Virus record (IMG/VR): IMGVR_UViG_3300042691_034458
Span: 1-64,000 of that record
DNA length: 64,000 nt
Source of the DNA: an uncultured virus (IMG/VR IMGVR_UViG_3300042691_034458)
Lineage: Duplodnaviria; Heunggongvirae; Uroviricota; Caudoviricetes
Reading direction: 5' to 3' (one strand)
The notes under the pieces are model-generated. The model saw only the letters and a program-made list of their open reading frames with translations. It was not told where the DNA came from and ran no database searches. Position numbers and translations under genes: made by a program. Positions 47,779 through 56,432 of this stretch are shown here, in pieces. Every line of letters starts with the position of its first letter. Positions within the stretch are counted from its first letter, which is position 1.

Positions 47779-48540
47779 ATGAAAAAGATAAAATTAACAG
47801 AATCAGATTTATATAGAATTGTTAGAAAGGTTCTTCTTGAGCAAGAGGAAGAAAAGAGAAGTTTTACATTTTCTCCGGGAACATTTGCGTCTTTTATAAC
47901 ATCATCATCAGGTGAAAGATTTGTTAAACATCTTAATAACAAATATGATGAGGTTATTATTAATGGTGATTTGGATTTAGATGGAACACCAATTCAATCC
48001 TTACCTGATAATCTTCATGTTGGTGGGGATTTGAATTTATATGGAACACCAATTCAATCCTTACCGGATAATCTTTATGTTGGGAGAAATTTGGATTTAA
48101 GAGGAACACCAATTCAATCCTTACCGGATAATCTTTATGTTGGGAGAAATTTGGATTTACAAGGAACACCAATTCAATACTTACCGGATAATCTTCATGT
48201 TGGGGGAAGTTTGTGGTTAAATGGAACACCAATTCAATACTTACCGGATAATCTTCATGTTGGGGGAAGTTTGGATTTAAGTGGAACACCAATTCAATCC
48301 TTACCGGATAATCTTTATGTTGGGGGATATTTGAATTTACATGAAACACAAATTCAATCCTTACCGGATAATCTTTATGTTGGGGGATATTTGAATTTAC
48401 ATGAAACACAAATTCAATCCTTACCGGATAATCTTTATGTTGGGGGGACAATTTATATTAATGGAATACCTTTAAATGATAATGATAAGTTGGTTGCAAA
48501 ATATAAAGAAAAATATAGAATTGATAGAGCACTTATTTAA
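47779..48540 (+). CDS. Leader-bearing 20-aa LRR protein, copy B (8 repeats plus cap)
   Basis: MKKIKLTESDLYRIVRKVLLE|Q leader; 60-nt tandem repeats; ATATTTAT at 47767-47774. Confidence 0.9.
   Translation: MKKIKLTESDLYRIVRKVLLEQEEEKRSFTFSPGTFASFITSSSGERFVKHLNNKYDEVIINGDLDLDGTPIQSLPDNLHVGGDLNLYGTPIQSLPDNLYVGRNLDLRGTPIQSLPDNLYVGRNLDLQGTPIQYLPDNLHVGGSLWLNGTPIQYLPDNLHVGGSLDLSGTPIQSLPDNLYVGGYLNLHETQIQSLPDNLYVGGYLNLHETQIQSLPDNLYVGGTIYINGIPLNDNDKLVAKYKEKYRIDRALI
47962..48480 (+). repeat. Tandem 60-nt coding repeats, near-identical to those at 1-290
   Basis: Constant GGAACACCAATTCAATCCTTACCGGATAATCTT(C/T)ATGTTGGG block plus a variable NNN-TTG-NNN-TTA-NNN segment. Confidence 0.95.
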
Positions 48541-49120
48541 CCTTCTTAGCCTTTGTAATTTTACCCTCAAAAATTGTTTTACCAACTTTGAACTGGATAG
48601 TTTCATTTACTTTTGATGTATTTTCAATCAATAACCCATTTTCCTCTAAAAGTTCTTCAAATACTTCGCGCATCATTGACTTTAATTCATTTTTATTCGG
48701 TAATGATGTAATTTGTTTTGATTGAACATTAGACGGAGTTTCTTGTCGTTTTGTACCCATCAATCTGCTAGCTTTCTCAACTAATTCATCAGATAGTGCT
48801 GTTGTTGGTGGTTGCGGTTGCTGAATGGGGTGTTCAATCATTAATTTCTTAATTTCATCTGGAAGTCTTGAATTTAAAATTCTATCCTTAACAGGAACCG
48901 CTGAATTAATTGGTTTTGGTTTTACTTGCTGTTCTGAAAGATATTCCTGTGGGATATTATATTTAACATCGGGAACTTCAAAATCGTCAACCTGAGGTCT
49001 TTCTACATTTATTCTAGTATTTTCACTTATTCCTATATCACTAGTCTGACCTCTAGGAATTTTATTGTGTTTATCCATTATTTTTTTGGATATCATTAGT
49101 TTTTCAATAAGTGCGTCCAT
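48533..49120 (-). CDS. Hypothetical protein
   Basis: 195 aa in a minus-strand operon. Confidence 0.75.
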   Translation of the reverse strand: MDALIEKLMISKKIMDKHNKIPRGQTSDIGISENTRINVERPQVDDFEVPDVKYNIPQEYLSEQQVKPKPINSAVPVKDRILNSRLPDEIKKLMIEHPIQQPQPPTTALSDELVEKASRLMGTKRQETPSNVQSKQITSLPNKNELKSMMREVFEELLEENGLLIENTSKVNETIQFKVGKTIFEGKITKAKKVK

Positions 49121-49125
49121 AGTTT

Positions 49126-49929
49126 TTAGAATTTAGCATTAATAATAAGACGATTCATGGATTTGTCACCAGTTCTGTTATAATTTGGTCTAACTTCATT
49201 AAATTTTTCATCGGTAGGGATGTAAGTCATGATTTTATCAACCCTAAATAAACGCCAACCCGGAAGTGGTTGTGTACCCAAAAAATCTGTGTGTGATGCA
49301 CCCAAAAAGTCCCAAGCTCTTAATACTTGATTACCAGCTTTTGAGTAACCAAAAGCAACAGGTTCAATTTCTCTATTACCTTTACCTCCGGGTTCATCAC
49401 CATCATAATACATGACCGTAATTCGTTTATTTTTTATCGAATCCATAATCGAATCAATTTTATTTCCAGTTTTTGGAACATCAGTTGGTATTTCTGGTTC
49501 ATATTCGTCTGGTCTAAAATTCTTGATTATAAGTTTAATCGCATCATCGGTATAACCAGCAGATTTTAAATCACCAACTAAATCTTCAGATGGTTCATAT
49601 TTTCTTTTGAATGTTGTTGTATTAATTAATTCTTTTGCAACAGCATCCATAAGATTTTTATCCATACCCGTATTTTTAAGTATGGATGCGGTAATTTTAC
49701 CAAACTCTTGAACAGTAATTCGCCCTTCTTTTATTGCGTCAATAAGTTCTTGACCTGTTTTAGCGACAACTGGATTACCTTCAGAATCTACGTAGGTAAT
49801 ACGTTTAAATCTTGAAACAGAATCTAATGCATTTTTGACAATATCATCGCTAACCCCCGCAAAAACATCTTCTCTTGCAGGAATTAATTGTTCAATAATT
49901 AAACCGGTTAGCGATTCAAGTAATCTCAT
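49126..49929 (-). CDS. WYL-domain protein
   Basis: C-terminal I...Y.G....G.REIEP..G....LRAWD...GWRLFRVDKI; short N-terminal LIIE|Q leader. Confidence 0.8.
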   Translation of the reverse strand: MRLLESLTGLIIEQLIPAREDVFAGVSDDIVKNALDSVSRFKRITYVDSEGNPVVAKTGQELIDAIKEGRITVQEFGKITASILKNTGMDKNLMDAVAKELINTTTFKRKYEPSEDLVGDLKSAGYTDDAIKLIIKNFRPDEYEPEIPTDVPKTGNKIDSIMDSIKNKRITVMYYDGDEPGGKGNREIEPVAFGYSKAGNQVLRAWDFLGASHTDFLGTQPLPGWRLFRVDKIMTYIPTDEKFNEVRPNYNRTGDKSMNRLIINAKF

Positions 49930-50222
49930 TGTCCAAAATCAGGATATGGCTTATTGTTGCTGTATTTATTAAATTTTAAATCACCAATTCTTTCGACATT
50001 ATCTGTTAAATTACCTGCGGCTGTGTTATAAACATCTAAATCACCACCGGTACCTTTACCTTTTTCATCTCCGTCAGCAAGAGCATTTGGATTAACATCC
50101 GAATATTCGTTCGTTTTCTTATAGTCGTTCTTTGGGAACAATTTTGCCCTTTCAGCTTCAGCTATCTTTGAAAGGTTATTATTTTCTATTTGATTTGTAT
50201 CAATTGGTTCTAAGTTTGCCAT
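49926..50222 (-). CDS. Hypothetical protein
   Basis: 98 aa, coupled within the operon. Confidence 0.7.
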   Translation of the reverse strand: MANLEPIDTNQIENNNLSKIAEAERAKLFPKNDYKKTNEYSDVNPNALADGDEKGKGTGGDLDVYNTAAGNLTDNVERIGDLKFNKYSNNKPYPDFGQ

Positions 50223-50683
50223 TATAGTAATTTTTTCATTAAATCATTTATTCTTTTTAGACTTTCAGTAACCTGATTATCAAATTTTTGAATCATTTTA
50301 CTGTTATTTGCATCGACTTTTGCAATGTTAGGAACAATGTCGATAAATTCACTATTATCAACAGTATATTCTTTTTTTCTATCTTGTGTTGTTTTTAGAG
50401 ATTCTCTTGACGAACCTAATGTTTGTTCAATCCAATTTTTAACTTTGTCTCCACCATTTAATACATAGGGAACATCTTCTTTTCTTCCTTGGTATTTATC
50501 GAACCAATTTTTCATTCTTTTCAATTGCTGATACGTAATTGAATTAGTATTTTGTAGTTCTTGGTTTCTTCTATAACCTTCAATATTAGAATCTGCATCA
50601 GGACAAAGACGGAAGCACACTTTTAAATGTTGTCGAAGATAGTCAGGAAATGGATATTTTTTACCATATAAATTACTGTTCAT
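50222..50683 (-). CDS. Hypothetical protein
   Basis: 153 aa, ends VTESLKRINDLMKKLL. Confidence 0.7.
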   Translation of the reverse strand: MNSNLYGKKYPFPDYLRQHLKVCFRLCPDADSNIEGYRRNQELQNTNSITYQQLKRMKNWFDKYQGRKEDVPYVLNGGDKVKNWIEQTLGSSRESLKTTQDRKKEYTVDNSEFIDIVPNIAKVDANNSKMIQKFDNQVTESLKRINDLMKKLL

Positions 50684-51518
50684 TTTTAAGTAAATTAAGT
50701 AACTCTTTTATTGATAAACCCTCTCTATTAGCCATTTTCTTTAAAGACTTCATATTCTTCATAAGAATTTTGCTAGCAGTTTTTTGTTCTTTAGGTCTTA
50801 CATCATAATCATCAACATATTTTTTAGTTAAGATGTCTTCAACCATTTTAACCATTTTTTCTTTTTGTTTTTCAGAAAGTGTCATTCTATCCACAAAACC
50901 TTCTTTATTTTTTATGCTATTAGGAGCTTTTTTTGTTTTATTACCCGAAGGGTCTTTACCAAATTGTTTTGTTCTTTTTTTAGCTTCATCTGATTCTAAA
51001 CCCATTTTTTCTAAATGTTTTTTAGTTTGTTTACCACTCATATTTTTTGTTTCATCATATCCGAAAGCATCTGAAAAATCGGTTTCCGTTATTTCGCCCT
51101 CATTATAATATGTTCTAAATCCTCGAAGAAGTGGATCATTTGTTTGTCTTGTTGCTGGAATTGTCTGATCAGTTGTTTTTCTTGGATGTTGTGTTAAATC
51201 CAAAATAGGAATTTTTGAAGAAGATAATGTCCCATCCGCATTTATAAATTCTTCAAGCTCATGTTTATCTTTTATTTTAATTAATTCAAATTTTTTCTTA
51301 ATGTCGTCTTTTGAATATTTTTTCTTTGATTTAGCGATTTCATATATTAATGATTTAATTTTTGGTAAATCTGAGGTTGGAAAATCGATTTTTACATCAT
51401 TTTTTCTAGCCTCACTTATTGTCGTCTCAACAGAAAAATATAAAGAAATTCTTTCTTTATTCTCTTTTAAGAAGAAATAATAAGGTTTTATAAAATATTC
51501 TTTGTTTGTATGAATCAT
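50673..51518 (-). CDS. Basic hypothetical protein
   Basis: 281 aa; ATATTTAT (minus) at 51534-51541. Confidence 0.7.
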   Translation of the reverse strand: MIHTNKEYFIKPYYFFLKENKERISLYFSVETTISEARKNDVKIDFPTSDLPKIKSLIYEIAKSKKKYSKDDIKKKFELIKIKDKHELEEFINADGTLSSSKIPILDLTQHPRKTTDQTIPATRQTNDPLLRGFRTYYNEGEITETDFSDAFGYDETKNMSGKQTKKHLEKMGLESDEAKKRTKQFGKDPSGNKTKKAPNSIKNKEGFVDRMTLSEKQKEKMVKMVEDILTKKYVDDYDVRPKEQKTASKILMKNMKSLKKMANREGLSIKELLNLLKNEQ

Positions 51519-51586
51519 TTTTCTTTTTAATTAATAAATATCATTCACTTTATATTTATCTATAAATACAAGAAAAAACACTAAAT

Positions 51587-53452
51587 ATGGCACAACAAAA
51601 TATAAATCAACACGTTTTTGATAAATTTTATTTATCGCCAATTAATGGAAATATGGATTTAAGTTTAGCGACAAATAATAATTATAATGAAGAGATTATA
51701 TTTTCAAATGAAGTAATTGCATATCTTGATGGTAATAGACTTCCATTACAATTCGATATTAATGATTTGGATTCTAACCCAGAATATACATTAATTTATA
51801 AACAATATAATCCAAATAATGTGTTATTATCAACAAATTATTGGAATCCAAATAATTTGGTTTTAACTTGTTCTACCATGTTTAACTTATGTGATATTGG
51901 TTTAACTGGAACAGATAATGGTTTGGTTGACCAAATGACCGGAGAAACAATAACCGTAACAAATGGTTTATTGCCGGATGTTGATAAATTTAATAGGTTA
52001 ATGTTTGACAGAAGAATGAAATTGTTTCAGGTAACAGGATATACTAGTTCACGAAATGAAAGATTTTCTGGCTATTCTGCGACAACATTATATGAGGTGG
52101 TTTCAAAGACAGGTACAACTGAAGGAGTTTATCATGAGCTTTATGGTGGTTTCTATCAAGGATTTTATAAACTATTTGGTTATGATTATCAAACAATGCC
52201 AACTAGAATGCCTAAAGGATGGACGGTTGAGTTGATGTTAAAACCTCGACTATACCCCGAATATTTTCCATCTAGTGGGGAAACAACTCTCAATGGGTAT
52301 TATCCTGAAAATAGTAATATGTTTTTTTATATGGGGACTAGAGCAGAAAATAAATATTATCATTATGCGGATGGTTCTCCTGTGTCAGATTCCGGGTATA
52401 CTAGAGCAACATCTGGTTTAACTTGTTTAAAAACCTGTGCTTGCTCAAATACTGCGGTAACAAATTCTGATTGTATTGAAGTTTATCCACCATCAGCGGT
52501 AACTGTTGACCATTCTTATGGTGGTTGTGGTTACTATAATGAAGTTGTTTTAGAACCGGAATTAGACCCCGCATGGGATAGTATATCAAATGCAATTTCG
52601 CTGAAGTTTTGTGGCAATTTATCAAATCCTAAACTCGGTGTTAAGGTATTAAGGTTCGTTGGGGATTGTGTTGTTACCGGAAGTTGTGAAACTACTGGTA
52701 CTACATATACAACAGGATACACCGTTACAGAATATTGTTCCCCAAATGGAATTTATGATATTTGTCCATCGGGTAGTTCTTTTGTACAGGTAGAACATTG
52801 GGTACAAATTGATGTTGTCTTTGAAAGGAATGCTTGGATGGATGAATGTGATTTAATTTATAAAGGAGGATTGGGTTCAATAACAAAATTTGAATATTTA
52901 GATTCACTTTTAGATAATTCTGTAGCGTTGGTTTCACCACCTATAACTCATCAACAAACAACCCCAGAACAAATAGAAATTGTAAAGTTAAATGAAGAAT
53001 GGTTGCTTGAGAAGAAGTATAGAATGGGAACCTTAAAGTTTTATGTAAATGGTAAATTATTCTACACAATAGAAGATTTTGAAGAAATAATCCCAAGAGG
53101 TGAAAATACTAGGAAAGAAAGACAAATCGGTGTACCGTTTAATATATCGGTTGGGGGCGGCACTCAAGGATTACACGAAGCATTAATTTTTACTGGGTGT
53201 GTAACTGGTTTAACAACAACATATAAACAAGACCCAGAATTAGTACCTAACCAAATTTTAAGTGCGACAACATTATCTGGGTTATCAACAAATATTTTAA
53301 TTGAACCCAATTTTGCGGGTAATTTTGAAGGAGCAATTGCTCAATTTAGAATGTATATAGAACCATTAAGTGCTGCACAAATCCAACATAATTTTAGAAT
53401 TTTAAAAGATAAGTTTTTACTATTCGATTATTTTTGCGATACTTGTAATTGA
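51587..53452 (+). CDS. Cys-rich putative virion protein with concanavalin/LamG-like features
   Basis: WTVELML.P, LKFYVNG, F.G.IAQFRMY..PLS..QI..NF; ATATTTAT at 51552-51559. Confidence 0.6.
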   Translation: MAQQNINQHVFDKFYLSPINGNMDLSLATNNNYNEEIIFSNEVIAYLDGNRLPLQFDINDLDSNPEYTLIYKQYNPNNVLLSTNYWNPNNLVLTCSTMFNLCDIGLTGTDNGLVDQMTGETITVTNGLLPDVDKFNRLMFDRRMKLFQVTGYTSSRNERFSGYSATTLYEVVSKTGTTEGVYHELYGGFYQGFYKLFGYDYQTMPTRMPKGWTVELMLKPRLYPEYFPSSGETTLNGYYPENSNMFFYMGTRAENKYYHYADGSPVSDSGYTRATSGLTCLKTCACSNTAVTNSDCIEVYPPSAVTVDHSYGGCGYYNEVVLEPELDPAWDSISNAISLKFCGNLSNPKLGVKVLRFVGDCVVTGSCETTGTTYTTGYTVTEYCSPNGIYDICPSGSSFVQVEHWVQIDVVFERNAWMDECDLIYKGGLGSITKFEYLDSLLDNSVALVSPPITHQQTTPEQIEIVKLNEEWLLEKKYRMGTLKFYVNGKLFYTIEDFEEIIPRGENTRKERQIGVPFNISVGGGTQGLHEALIFTGCVTGLTTTYKQDPELVPNQILSATTLSGLSTNILIEPNFAGNFEGAIAQFRMYIEPLSAAQIQHNFRILKDKFLLFDYFCDTCN

Positions 53453-53465
53453 TATCATTATTAAA

Positions 53466-53648
53466 ATGAGTTTTAACAAAAAAATTATTACTAAAGAAAA
53501 ATTAATTGAAGCTCTTAATAGTGAGATTTCATTAGAGAAATTTTTTTCTGCGGATTCAATAGTTTTTAAAGATGATTTATCTCATTATGCTTTTGGGTTA
53601 TTTAAAGAAGGATTCTCAAAAGAAGAAATTTTTAAAAAAATCTTGTAA
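53466..53648 (+). CDS. Hypothetical protein
   Basis: 60 aa ORF. Confidence 0.55.
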   Translation: MSFNKKIITKEKLIEALNSEISLEKFFSADSIVFKDDLSHYAFGLFKEGFSKEEIFKKIL

Positions 53649-53699
53649 ATAGTTGATTACTACGTATTATGAGTTAGTTTTAAATAACTCATAATTCAC

Positions 53700-56432
53700 A
53701 TGGAAAAAAAACTAAATATTTTAGCACACGCCTCTTTTATTGGTAAAACCGGTTATGCTAATCATGCTAAATCATTTTTTTGCGCGTTAAATAAGTATGC
53801 TAATGTTAAAGTTAGAAATCTGACAGTAGGTGATAGTTGGTGTGGATTATCGGAAAAACCTCATGATAAAGAAGAGTATTTTACCGATGAAATGCGTAAT
53901 ATGCTTATACTGCAAACATTATACGAACAAGATAATACAAGAAAAGATTATCCAATATACGGTTACGATGGGTCTTTCATTCCTGATATTCATATCGTTT
54001 TAAATGATGTTAATAACCCATATTTTTATGATAACTATGATGGATATCGCATAGCTTATAATGTTTGGGAATCAACGGAATACCCAAAAGATTTTTTTGA
54101 AAGATTATTTTATTTTCATGAGGTTTGGGTACCATCTAAATGGCAAAAAGATAATTTAATTAAACAAGGTTACCCAAAGGAAAGAATTTCGGTTGTTCCA
54201 GAAGGTGTTGACCCTGAAGTTTTTAAACCAACAAATGAAATTGATTTATCAGAAAAGTTTACATTTTTACTTTTTGGTAGGTGGGAATATAGAAAATCAA
54301 CAAGTGAAATAATTAGAGCGTTTAATGAAGAATTTAAAAATGAGGATGTTAACTTAGTTGTTTGTGCAAATAATCCATTTGCTAATGATGGGTTTAAAAC
54401 AACTGAAGAAAGAATAATTGCAAATGGTTTGGAAAATAAAAATCTTAAAATAGTTAATTTTCCAACTAGAGAAGAATATATTAATTATTTAAAAAATGGT
54501 CATGTTTTTATTTCATGTGCTAGAAGTGAGGGGTGGAATCTACCTTTAATAGAAGCAATGGCTTGTGGTACGCCATCAATTTATTCAAACTGGGGAGCAC
54601 AACTTGAATTTGCTGATGGATTAGGAATTCCTGTTAAAGTTACTGATTTTGTTTCAGCTAAAAACCAAGATAATTCATTTGTTGGCGATTATATAGAACC
54701 AGATTTTAACGATTTGAAATTAAAAATGAGAATGGTCTATAATGATTATAAATCATTTAAAGAAAATGCTTTATTAGAATCTGAAACAATTCACAGAAAT
54801 TTTAATTGGGATTTGGTGGCTAAAAATGCTAATAATATTTTACAAAAAAAGGTAAATGACTTTGTTTTTGTTACTACCGGTAACGAAAATTATATGCCTC
54901 TTATTGAATGTTTAGTTAAGTCTTTAAATGAGTTTTCAAAATTTAAAATTATTGTTTATGGGATAAATTGTGATGTACCATTTGATTATCCAAATTTAAT
55001 AAAAAGAAGATTAAATATTGAAGAATACTCAGAACATGATAGGTGGTTTTGGAAGCAATACGCATGTATTGAGTCAATTAACGAATCATTTGAAAATTTT
55101 GTTTGGGTTGATGGGGACGTTGTTGCAAATTTTAATATTGATAATATAATCAATTATTTCCCTTATGTTGGGAATTATCCGCTATCTGACATACACAGAC
55201 AAAAAGAATTCTATGGATTTTTTTATGAAAATGGTGTTAAATATGAGCAACTATTTAATGAAAATCTTAGTAAATACTTAAATGTTACACCACATTTACC
55301 ATTTATGCACGTTTGTCTTTTCATTTACAATAAAACCTGCAAATGGTTTTTTGATGAGATTATAAACCTCTATAAATCAACAGATTTAAATAAATATAGG
55401 CATTTATTCTTATGGAATGATGAAGGTGCTGATAATGCAATTAGATCGAAGTTTAATTTAAAAAACCATTTACCGTTATCTAATTTTGATGTTTCATCAT
55501 ATGATGGCGAATCATATGAGTTTATTAATAACCAACTATCTGATTTTTATACATTTTGGGAGAAAGATGGTCCATATAATTTTAATAAAATTTATGGACT
55601 TCAATATATTCCTGAAAATAAAAAAGATATTATCTACTTCCACGGTAACAAAAATGTTGACGCAGCAAATAAAATGATTGATTTTATTAAAATAAAAAGA
55701 GACAATTCTTTTTACGAATCAAATAATTTTTATACTTCAAAAAATGTAATAACAGATTTTAGTGATATAAAAAATATTGAGGGCGGAACTATTTGGGTTG
55801 CTGAAAATTACGGTTGGTCACACGCAATATATCATGAAATTTATAACTTACAGGATTACTATTTAAGTAGAAAAAAACAAATAAATGATGGGGATATTGT
55901 TGTTGATTTAGGAGGTAATATTGGTATCTTCAATAGATGGGCTTATTCACAAGGAGCGTCTAAAGTTATCTCATTTGAACCAGATAGAAGATATTTTGAA
56001 TTATTGAAGAAAAACACAAGTCCTAATTCAATTCTTTTTAATGCGGCGATGTCTGATAGGATTGGGGAGTTGAGTCTATTTGAGAGCGACCATTTGGGTG
56101 GTTCAAATATATTTGGTGTGCCTAGTAACACAAAAAATTACAAGGTCCGGACTTATACATTAGATTTTTTATTTGATACAGATTTAATTACTCACATTGA
56201 CTTTTTAAAGGTTGACGTTGAGGGTGCAGAACATCTAATTTTTAAAGGAATTAGCGATAACAATTTATCTAAAGTTAAAACTATTTCAATGGAATATCAT
56301 CACTCACATTTTAATTTTGATGAAAAATTACGTGATGATTTTATTAATAGATTTGTTAGTCTTGGCTTCAATTCTTATCTTTTATTTATGGGGACAAATA
56401 ATGCATTACAAATGATATATTTTTATAGATAA
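53700..56432 (+). CDS. Three-domain protein: GT4 glycosyltransferase + GT-A-like domain + FkbM methyltransferase
   Basis: TGYANH, RSEGWNLPLIEAMACG (GT4); WVDGD and WNDEG (GT-A); VVDLGGNIG, FEP and LKVDVEGAE (FkbM). Confidence 0.85.
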   Translation: MEKKLNILAHASFIGKTGYANHAKSFFCALNKYANVKVRNLTVGDSWCGLSEKPHDKEEYFTDEMRNMLILQTLYEQDNTRKDYPIYGYDGSFIPDIHIVLNDVNNPYFYDNYDGYRIAYNVWESTEYPKDFFERLFYFHEVWVPSKWQKDNLIKQGYPKERISVVPEGVDPEVFKPTNEIDLSEKFTFLLFGRWEYRKSTSEIIRAFNEEFKNEDVNLVVCANNPFANDGFKTTEERIIANGLENKNLKIVNFPTREEYINYLKNGHVFISCARSEGWNLPLIEAMACGTPSIYSNWGAQLEFADGLGIPVKVTDFVSAKNQDNSFVGDYIEPDFNDLKLKMRMVYNDYKSFKENALLESETIHRNFNWDLVAKNANNILQKKVNDFVFVTTGNENYMPLIECLVKSLNEFSKFKIIVYGINCDVPFDYPNLIKRRLNIEEYSEHDRWFWKQYACIESINESFENFVWVDGDVVANFNIDNIINYFPYVGNYPLSDIHRQKEFYGFFYENGVKYEQLFNENLSKYLNVTPHLPFMHVCLFIYNKTCKWFFDEIINLYKSTDLNKYRHLFLWNDEGADNAIRSKFNLKNHLPLSNFDVSSYDGESYEFINNQLSDFYTFWEKDGPYNFNKIYGLQYIPENKKDIIYFHGNKNVDAANKMIDFIKIKRDNSFYESNNFYTSKNVITDFSDIKNIEGGTIWVAENYGWSHAIYHEIYNLQDYYLSRKKQINDGDIVVDLGGNIGIFNRWAYSQGASKVISFEPDRRYFELLKKNTSPNSILFNAAMSDRIGELSLFESDHLGGSNIFGVPSNTKNYKVRTYTLDFLFDTDLITHIDFLKVDVEGAEHLIFKGISDNNLSKVKTISMEYHHSHFNFDEKLRDDFINRFVSLGFNSYLLFMGTNNALQMIYFYR

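Noticed and set aside
47960..48451. Minus-strand repeat ORF (PQHKDYPVRIE...)
   Set aside because: Antisense shadow of the LRR repeats.
47779..48540. Diversity-generating retroelement acting on the LRR genes
   Set aside because: No reverse transcriptase or non-coding template repeat in the window, and differences are not confined to adenines. A DGR elsewhere in the genome cannot be excluded.
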